From: Clostridia bacterium | GTDB lineage: Bacteria > Bacillota > Clostridia > Oscillospirales > CAG-272 | Assembly (NCBI GenBank): GCA_017455185.1 | Contig: JAFTBN010000075.1 | Coordinates: 11,545 to 75,544, forward strand | DNA: 64,000 nucleotides | Direction of reading: 5' to 3' | Part shown: positions 43,547 through 49,956 of the stretch, piece by piece | How the letters are laid out: every line of letters starts with the position of its first letter | How positions within the stretch are numbered: position 1 is the first letter of the stretch | Notes under the pieces: generated by a model | Database searches by the model: none | What the model was told of the DNA's origin: nothing | What the model saw: the letters and a program-made list of their open reading frames with translations, nothing else | Program-made: the position numbers and the translations under genes

Positions 43547-44661
43547 ATATCGTCCTCCTCTGTAAGTATTCCTGCGGGTATCCATCCCCTGTTGCTTGTT
43601 AGTACAAGATGATCTGGCGTGCATTCCAACTCGGTTCCATCATCGAATGTAAGGATAATCGTCTCCTTTTCTCCCATACAAACGCAAGCCTGGTAATCTT
43701 GCTCTTCACCAAGCAAAGATATCAATTTGCCACTTGTGCCTTCCAAGTCTTCTATCCTTGCCTGCGTGCCATCGGCCATGTTGACGAGCGTATTACCCGC
43801 GAGACACGCATGCGTTATCTCATGCGGATCCAGCGAGCAGTCGTTCGGCCGTTTCGGGTCCCGTAGGATCTCGATCATGCATTTGATAAGCTCTTTGCAG
43901 GTGTTGAATATCCGCAGCTTCGGGATCCCGTGCTCATCCGGCCGGAGCATCTCCTTGATGGCAAGCCATCCGGCCTCCCGGTCGTTGCTCGCTTTGGTCA
44001 GCTCCAGGCCTGCCTCATAAAAAAGCTCGGCCTTGCTCTTGCCGGTCTCCTGGCTTCTGCTCCACAGATCCGGCGGAGCGAGCACAGCGTATATATCATC
44101 GCCGGCAGACCACTCGTTGATTTTCTCGGCCGCTTTGCTGATAATTAGGTTACTTTCGCAATACTCCTTGTAGCAGTACACGTACCCTTCCCGGTCTATC
44201 GCGTACCAGTAAGCAGCGAGCCGGTCGAGGCCGTAGTCAATCGAGATATACCGCCTCCAGGACGAATCAAGCGGGCAAGGCTGGATGACATGCACCCGGC
44301 GGTCAAAATCGTCAAACATCTGACCCTCGGCCACATCCCACGAGCCATAGCGCCATCTCTTGCGCATGTCCTCCGGCAATGAATCCAGCTGCGCCACGTA
44401 GTCCGGGTTTGCCTCCATCAGAACCTGGTTATCCGTAACCAAAGACTGGATAAACAGGTAATCGTCCGGGTTCTCTCCGTCTGTGTAGTCCCGAGAGACA
44501 AACAGGCGCTTGACCCAAGCGAAGCCCACGCCGTCCGGGTTGCATGTCAGATAGATCCGTTTCGGGCGATTGTTCGCGCCACGAAGGCAGGCCTTGAGGA
44601 CGTTGAAAACGCTCTCCATAAATTGCGTCGCTTCTTCCAAAAAAATTACATCGTACTCTTG
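43501..44661 (-). CDS. terL: TerL exon 3: Walker B and nuclease domain (285 aa) fused to the split-intein N-half (101 aa)
   Basis: QEYDVIFLEEATQF (Walker B), ISIDYG, DPHEITHA, then CLAGNTLVNMADG...TPDHLVL (Hint blocks A/B) from codon 43806. The frame stops at 43503-43501. Confidence 0.85.
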   Translation of the reverse strand, partial: QEYDVIFLEEATQFMESVFNVLKACLRGANNRPKRIYLTCNPDGVGFAWVKRLFVSRDYTDGENPDDYLFIQSLVTDNQVLMEANPDYVAQLDSLPEDMRKRWRYGSWDVAEGQMFDDFDRRVHVIQPCPLDSSWRRYISIDYGLDRLAAYWYAIDREGYVYCYKEYCESNLIISKAAEKINEWSAGDDIYAVLAPPDLWSRSQETGKSKAELFYEAGLELTKASNDREAGWLAIKEMLRPDEHGIPKLRIFNTCKELIKCMIEILRDPKRPNDCSLDPHEITHACLAGNTLVNMADGTQARIEDLEGTSGKLISLLGEEQDYQACVCMGEKETIILTFDDGTELECTPDHLVLTSNRGWIPAGILTEEDDICQAEGNQVKTQRQS

Positions 44662-45428
44662 CAATCGTGTTATCCGGCAGGCTTTTTATCTTGCCGTTCT
44701 TGCGATTTCTCGCAAGTTCAGCATATCTTTTCATCCCTTACGGGAGCCGTGGCCTCGTGGACGGGTTATATCTTTTCACCGTCTATGCGTTGCGGCTGGC
44801 AACAGTAACTGCTGCCTTCACCTCTGATTGCCTTGCTTTTTGCATATAAGAGACGTTTTCGCGTAACGGGATCCACCTGCAATTGTCCGGCGAATAGTCC
44901 AGATCCGGGTTAATCCTGTCAATTGACATGCAATCACCTTTTGTTTGCCCGTTTTGGGGCTCTACATATCCGTGACTGTACGACCATTCCCGGAAGGCCT
45001 CGTAATCCTGCCATTCCTGGCAAAGCTTGACGCCTTTTCCGCCGTAATACTTGTATGTATGCACATTTGGGTTGTTGCATCTCTGCTTTATTCCAATCCA
45101 AATGTTGTAAAGCCTTTCCTTGTCGGAATGCCCGTGCGTCAGATGGCTGTTTACGCCTGCTTCACGCCGAAAGCATCCGCAAGACTTGGTCACACCCTTT
45201 CTCAGGTTTCCGGCTTCTGCGACCGTGACACAGCCGCAATCGCATGCACATCTGTAATACAAGTGTGATTTTCGCGTGTGATCATACGCAATAACAGTCA
45301 GTCTTCCGTATTTTTTCCCGATTTCGTCTCTCATATGTACCCTCCTTTGGGTATTTTGCAAAAAGTTTAGGTTTCCAGGTTTTTTCCACGGTTTTCGATG
45401 GCCGTTACCGGCCAAAGGGGCAAGATTC
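44662..45428 (-). mobile_element. Group I intron 2 in terL (767 nt) carrying a homing-endonuclease-like ORF
   Basis: Exon 2 ends ..CAGGGU. The intron ends ..ACGAUUG (terminal G). It has a GCCCC guide-like element and shares conserved blocks and a 3' hairpin with intron 1. Confidence 0.75.
44783..45334 (-). CDS. Intron-encoded homing-endonuclease-like protein
   Basis: ATG at 45334 follows AAGGAGGG. KKYGRLTVIAY...CACDCG...SCGC, WQDYEAFREW and SIDRINPDLDYSPDNCRWI are typical of phage intron/free-standing endonuclease-like proteins. Confidence 0.65.
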   Translation of the reverse strand: MRDEIGKKYGRLTVIAYDHTRKSHLYYRCACDCGCVTVAEAGNLRKGVTKSCGCFRREAGVNSHLTHGHSDKERLYNIWIGIKQRCNNPNVHTYKYYGGKGVKLCQEWQDYEAFREWSYSHGYVEPQNGQTKGDCMSIDRINPDLDYSPDNCRWIPLRENVSYMQKARQSEVKAAVTVASRNA

Positions 45429-45677
45429 ACCCTGGTACTGTAGCGCGTCCGCGTCTGATTGGAAGTACGAGCACTTTAGCGTTGACCCATTCACGAACTG
45501 AAACGTGCGGTCCATCTCTTTCCATCGCGCGATCTCCGGCGGAATTTCGGCCCGGAGCGGCATGATATGGTTGTCTTTTAAATCGACGAAGGTCTTCCGA
45601 ATGATCAGCATCTTGATTCCGGGCCACTTGATGGCCAGCCTTTTTGCCTTTTCCCGGACTGCCCAGCTCTTTCCACC
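45429..45677 (-). CDS. terL: TerL exon 2 (83 aa)
   Basis: GGKSWAVREKAKRLAIKWPGIKMLIIRKT...SDADALQYQG. It supplies the GKS of Walker A and ends at the conserved YQG. Confidence 0.8.
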
Positions 45678-45975
45678 CATTATTGTTACCGCAGAGGCTT
45701 TTTATCCTCTGCTTCACGGCCTTTCGCGCCGTGGTCAGCGTACATTTTCCGCATTCGCGGTCGGGCACTCTTGGCAGGGTTATATTTATTCACCTGCTAC
45801 GCGTTACGGAGATCAGCAGCCTTTCGCAATCTGCTGATTTTCCTCGGTGTTGCCATGATATCGATTCAGATTCGCTCTCGTCGAATTCGTCTTTTACTTC
45901 CATCTCCATGCCTCCTTGCACGTTTCGATATTTTAGGTTTTCACCGATTTTGCCCGATTAAGAGGCAGTGTGTTT
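45678..45975 (-). mobile_element. Group I intron 1 in terL (298 nt, ORF-less), inserted inside the Walker A loop
   Basis: Exon 1 ends AGAGGU. The intron begins AAACACACUGCCUCU, where GCCUCU can pair with AGAGGU (P1 with a G.U pair at the splice site). The intron ends AAUAAUG. It is homologous to intron 2. Confidence 0.75.
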
Positions 45976-46071
45976 ACCTCTCGCGCCGCCAAAGGCCACA
46001 TATTTAGCGGTCGCCGTCATAAACTCCCTTTGTTTGGGCTGTGGCCGGCCCAGCTTAAACGTAACCGTCAT
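45976..46071 (-). CDS. terL: TerL exon 1 (32 aa)
   Basis: ATG at 46071 overlaps the terS stop (ATGA) and follows GAGGAG. MTVTFKLGRPQPKQREFMTATAKYVAFGGARG supplies the first half of Walker A. Confidence 0.7.
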
Positions 46072-46580
46072 ACTGACTCCTCGTCCACCTCGGCCTGATT
46101 CTCGGTCTCGATCCGGACAGTCAGCACGTTGTCATCCGGCGCCTTTTCCCGGAGCCCGTACTTGGCCGAAAGCAGAAACTTCCCAAAATTGGCGTTGTGG
46201 ACGCCGTCGTTCGAAGCGTCAATCAGGTTCTGCTGATCATACCGGTCTACTATGTCCCAGACAGCCTTCCATTCCGGATAGCGCAGCTTTCCGTCCGGAT
46301 CCACGGCACAGGCCCAGTATTCCAAAGTGCTGATCACCACGCCAATTCTCCGGGCAAAGCCCACCTTGGATGGCAGAGGCCGGGTCATCCGGTACTTCTT
46401 CCCGGACGCGTCCTCATATTCGTCATACATGGGCTCGTTGTAGTAATCGAGGAGCATTCTGGCATACTCGGGCTGATACTTGCTCTCGTGCAAATACACG
46501 CTGTATTTGTGGCCATCTGCGAACGTTCCGTTCGGATTTTTCCCGTCCCATTTCTCTTTTGGGCTGTATTTTTTTGCCAT
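46068..46580 (-). CDS. terS: Terminase small subunit
   Basis: 170 aa, first gene of the late arm, translationally coupled to terL. The motif FGKFLLSAKYGLREK is typical of TerS C-terminal parts. The call rests on position plus this pattern. Confidence 0.65.
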   Translation of the reverse strand: MAKKYSPKEKWDGKNPNGTFADGHKYSVYLHESKYQPEYARMLLDYYNEPMYDEYEDASGKKYRMTRPLPSKVGFARRIGVVISTLEYWACAVDPDGKLRYPEWKAVWDIVDRYDQQNLIDASNDGVHNANFGKFLLSAKYGLREKAPDDNVLTVRIETENQAEVDEESV

Positions 46581-46602
46581 TATTTTTCACCTCCTTGCCT
46601 CA

Positions 46603-46641
46603 ATTATACAGAATAAAAAAGCGGTTTTGGTATCCCATTTC
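46603..46641 (-). promoter_or_regulatory. Late promoter copy 4 (packaging unit)
   Basis: The same 21-nt box (46641-46621), 12 nt, then TATAAT (46608-46603), immediately upstream of the terS SD. Confidence 0.7.
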
Positions 46642-46674
46642 ATTTTTGCCCTCGGCTTAGAACCCAATAAAAAA

Positions 46675-46694
46675 AGGCAGAAAAAATTCTGCCT
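46675..46694 (-). terminator. Rho-independent terminator just inside attR, insulating the late promoter from host read-through
   Basis: Minus strand reads AGGCAGAA-UUUU-UUCUGCCU followed by UUUUUUUAUU. Confidence 0.6.
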
Positions 46695-46697
46695 AAA

Positions 46698-46719
46698 TCT
46701 GTACCCACTCTGTACCCAC
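46698..46719 (+). repeat. attR core candidate (TCTGTACCCACTCTGTACCCAC)
   Basis: Direct repeat of 672-693 with one mismatch. Confidence 0.65.
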
Positions 46720-46896
46720 ATATACAGTATATGTGTAACATGTTATATACTTACTGTAACAATCAACCTTCCAGTTCTGAACGTGCGGTCATGTTCCAAA
46801 ACCCAAAAAACTTTTGCCAATACGCCCTTTTGGCACTGAAATGTGATACAATGTTTCTGCCGCGGAATTGTCTTTCTGCGGCAGAAAGGAAGCGCC

Positions 46897-48477
46897 ATGA
46901 TGAAAAAACTGTTGGCTATTCTTATGGTTCTGATGCTTTTTACTCCGGTTCTGCTTGCCGCTTGCGGCCAAAATGCCGAACCCGCAGAGTCAGACACGAA
47001 AAAACCGGCCGCAGACGAAACAGCCGCCGGCGAAAGCGACACCGATGCCGGGCCGAACGCGGAAACTGAACCCGGGCATGAAACCGAAAACACGACGGAC
47101 AATTACAAAGATATGCAGCTGCTTCTGGTCACCGACGTTCATCTGTGTCATCTGAACTGGTACGGGATGACGTCCGAGGACCGCATGGCCAAAATGGTCC
47201 GGGACCTCAACGATTACTATCGCAAAAGCCCCTACGAGGCGATTCTCTTTTTGGGGGATTATTCGCTGGATTTCTGGGAAACCGGTATTTTGGGGTCCTG
47301 GAGACACCAGAATCTGTCCAATACGGACATTCTCCTGCACGATTATCTGCCCGATCTTGATTGCCGGAACCGGTATATCATCCCGGGGAATCACGAACAG
47401 TACGGATACGATTTATGGAAGGAAATCACCGGATTCGAGCGGCAATACTACATCAAACTCGGCGGGTATCTGATCTTCATGCTGGATAATTTCCACGGAG
47501 ACCTGGATCCCGACACGGACAATCACGGAGTCTACACCCCGACGGATCTGGAATTTATCCGGGACGTGATGGACGAAAACCCCGACATGCCGGTTCTCCT
47601 TTGCGCCCACTATTTCGACCTGGCGCAGGAAGCTGCGGCAGGAGACGGATTCCGCCGGCTGGTCTGCGACGACCGGGTGGTTGCGCTCTTCTGCGGACAC
47701 GATCACGTGCGTACCGTCCAGAACCTGGGAGCAGACTATGCAAACAAGATCATCTTCCACTGCGGGCAGTTCTCCTATACGAAAGCGACCATCACGCAGT
47801 GTCCCTGGGGATGGAGGAGCATGGATCTGAGCCGGGACGGCATTACCGTGACCTATTTCGCTCCTGAAAGCACCCTGACCGACGGAGGAAAAACCATCCA
47901 CATAGACGAAGGTTATCTGGAAGAAATCTTTGTTCCCAACCTTCTGACCAACCCCCAACCTCAATCCGGAAAAGAAACCGACGCCCGTCCGGAGACGCCC
48001 GACCTTTCCGGGTTGGAGAACCTGTGCCGAAACGCGACCATCGTGTCCGCCTCCCCCGGAAACAAGGAAAAGAACGGGCCTGCCTCCCTGATTGACGGCG
48101 ATACGGCCCTGACCAAATGGTGCGTCACCTCGGACCCGAACCTTCCGGCCGATCTTAGCGGAAAGGCTCTTTACTATGCCACGCTGGATCTGGGAGAGAC
48201 CCGCCCCCTGAAAGCCTACCGGCTCTTCAATGCCTCGGGAAGTTCCTACGCCGGAGATTCAGGCAACGCCGGCATGGACACAAAAGCATGGAAACTGCAA
48301 AGTTCAGCCGACGGCGTCACCTGGACCGACCTGGACAGCGTCAGCCAGAACACCGCCCCGCTCTACGCAAGCGCCCTTGAAGGGCAGGCCCGATACGTCC
48401 GGCTTCTGATTCTCCCCGGCGGGGCCAATCAGAACGATGACGTCGTCCGCATTTACGAGCTGGAGATATACGGATAA
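46897..48477 (+). CDS. Lipoprotein: calcineurin-like metallophosphoesterase with a C-terminal F5/8 type C (discoidin) domain
   Basis: Lipobox LLAAC. Motifs DVHLCH, GDYSLD, GNHE and GHDH. The C-terminus reads LIDGDTALTKWC...ARYVRLLI...IYELEIYG. Confidence 0.8.
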   Translation: MMKKLLAILMVLMLFTPVLLAACGQNAEPAESDTKKPAADETAAGESDTDAGPNAETEPGHETENTTDNYKDMQLLLVTDVHLCHLNWYGMTSEDRMAKMVRDLNDYYRKSPYEAILFLGDYSLDFWETGILGSWRHQNLSNTDILLHDYLPDLDCRNRYIIPGNHEQYGYDLWKEITGFERQYYIKLGGYLIFMLDNFHGDLDPDTDNHGVYTPTDLEFIRDVMDENPDMPVLLCAHYFDLAQEAAAGDGFRRLVCDDRVVALFCGHDHVRTVQNLGADYANKIIFHCGQFSYTKATITQCPWGWRSMDLSRDGITVTYFAPESTLTDGGKTIHIDEGYLEEIFVPNLLTNPQPQSGKETDARPETPDLSGLENLCRNATIVSASPGNKEKNGPASLIDGDTALTKWCVTSDPNLPADLSGKALYYATLDLGETRPLKAYRLFNASGSSYAGDSGNAGMDTKAWKLQSSADGVTWTDLDSVSQNTAPLYASALEGQARYVRLLILPGGANQNDDVVRIYELEIYG

Positions 48478-48497
48478 GTCCCCCGCGGCATTTATAA

Positions 48498-48533
48498 AAG
48501 GAACGGCCTTCCCCTGTGGGAGGCCGTTCCTTT
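48498..48533. terminator. Bidirectional terminator
   Basis: AAAGGAACGGCCT pairs with AGGCCGTTCCTTT around an 11-nt loop, between convergent genes. Confidence 0.7.
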
Positions 48534-48562
48534 TCCGTGCCCGACTCTCTGTTCGTCAAGGC

Positions 48563-49780
48563 TTACTTGTTTTCTTCCTTTTTCCCCCGACGGCAAACAA
48601 GCGTTCCGCATGCGGCGCTCAGGAAAAGCACCGGCAGTCCAGCGCCCAGAACCGATCCGCATCCGCCGGATGAGCCCGGATTCTCCTTTTGCCCCTCGGA
48701 CTGCTTTCCGTCCTGATCCGGAGCGGGTCCGTTCGTTCCCTTCTCCGTTTCATCCCCACTGCCTGTGGTTGCCGCCTCTTTTTCGGTCTGACTTTCGGTC
48801 TGCATCTCAGTCTGACTTTCGGTCTGTATCTCAGTCTGACGTTCCGTCTGTTTCTCCGTCTGACTCTCGGTCTGACGCTCCGTCTGACTCTCAGTCGTTT
48901 TTTCGGTTTGCGCTTCGGTCTCGGTGTACGGCTGCAGCGGTTTGTCTGTCTGCCGTTCCACGGGATACAGCGGAGTCTGCTCCACGACTTTCTCCCCCTG
49001 CGCCGCAAAAGTCAGAGGCGCATAGCATTGAGTGGATTCATAAGGATAATCGTCGTAAACGGAGTTGTCGTCGTTGCTCACCGTATCGCAGTTCCACCGG
49101 AACGCGCTCTGAAACGCGCCGGTTTCCCCGTTGGTATCGTTGTACATGAATTCCAGCCCCCATGTACCGGATTGCGGAATGGAGGTCAGGGGCTTCATTT
49201 TGATTTCCAATTGATAGATGGTATAGACTCCCTGGGAGTCCTTGTTGCCCGGGATGGATTTGCATTTCGCATCCACCACGACCGACTTATATGTCTGGTC
49301 TTCGTTCAGGCTCTTCGCTCCCTTGGCGCCGTAGGAAGGATCGTACCCGCTCATCCCCGAAACGGGAACGCCGAGCTGATACGCATAATCCGGCAGTTTG
49401 CCGCTTCCGTATTTCTCGGCTGTCTGCTCCTTGGACAGAAGCGTGTATTCCTCGTCCAGATAGATTTCCAGCTTATCAGACGCCGAAGGAGAATAATCGT
49501 GCACAACCGCCAGGACGTAAAGATAGGTTCCGTCGTGCATCACAAAGGCGTGGCATCTGGACAAAGGTTTGGAAGTATTCGGGGAATTTCTCCAGTTCCA
49601 CTTCAGATAGGCATCCTGCGCCCCGTTCCAGATTTCGTCTATCTCCCCGTCAATGACCGGTGTTCCGTATAAAGCTTTATAGGAATAGCCCCGCTTGGCG
49701 AAGGCGCTGCCGCTCAACGCTCCAACCAGCACGGCTACCGTCACAACCGCAATCAGAATTCTTGCTGTCAACCGATTCAT
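48563..49780 (-). CDS. Secreted cell-surface protein with a CBM9/DOMON-like domain, QTEx repeats and a C-terminal TM anchor
   Basis: Signal peptide present. DGEIDEIWNGAQ motif. About 12 copies of a 12-nt repeat (48781-48924) encode (T/S)E(S/R/K)Q units. The C-terminus is hydrophobic then ends RRGKKEENK. Confidence 0.6.
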   Translation of the reverse strand: MNRLTARILIAVVTVAVLVGALSGSAFAKRGYSYKALYGTPVIDGEIDEIWNGAQDAYLKWNWRNSPNTSKPLSRCHAFVMHDGTYLYVLAVVHDYSPSASDKLEIYLDEEYTLLSKEQTAEKYGSGKLPDYAYQLGVPVSGMSGYDPSYGAKGAKSLNEDQTYKSVVVDAKCKSIPGNKDSQGVYTIYQLEIKMKPLTSIPQSGTWGLEFMYNDTNGETGAFQSAFRWNCDTVSNDDNSVYDDYPYESTQCYAPLTFAAQGEKVVEQTPLYPVERQTDKPLQPYTETEAQTEKTTESQTERQTESQTEKQTERQTEIQTESQTEMQTESQTEKEAATTGSGDETEKGTNGPAPDQDGKQSEGQKENPGSSGGCGSVLGAGLPVLFLSAACGTLVCRRGKKEENK

Positions 49781-49956
49781 CTTGTCCTCCTGTGCATTTG
49801 TCCCTGTGACATCTGCCTGTTTTCATCATTATACCGCATCTGACTGCTTTTTGCAATTCTTTTCTTCCGCTCCCGGGCGCAGCGGCCCGTCCTTATCTTG
49901 ACACCCCCGTTCCGCGTTGCTATAATGGGGGGCAGAAACCATTCAGGAGGAAACAC

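Larger units (their letters stand above)
672..46719. mobile_element. Integrated temperate phage (prophage), ~46 kb, podovirus-like structural module
   Basis: Bounded by a 22-bp direct repeat (672-693 and 46698-46719). The integrase and repressor sit at the left end and TerS at the right end. Complete early, packaging, head and fibre modules lie in between. Gene content switches to host glycan metabolism after 46.9 kb. Confidence 0.85.

Noticed and set aside
42742-43806. Reading the TerL intein as an ordinary contiguous HNH-containing intein
   Set aside because: The HNH ORF is in a different frame from both Hint halves. The N-half frame hits a stop at 43501-43503, and both the HNH ORF and the C-half have their own SD sequences. 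Two compensating sequencing frameshifts remain a formal alternative and are listed as a refutation test.
45795-45914. 39-codon ORF inside intron 1 (MEMEVKDEFDESESESISWQHRGKSADCERLLISVTRSR)
   Set aside because: It is too short and acidic to be an endonuclease. It sits where intron 2 has its endonuclease start, so it is most simply a remnant of a deleted homing-endonuclease gene.
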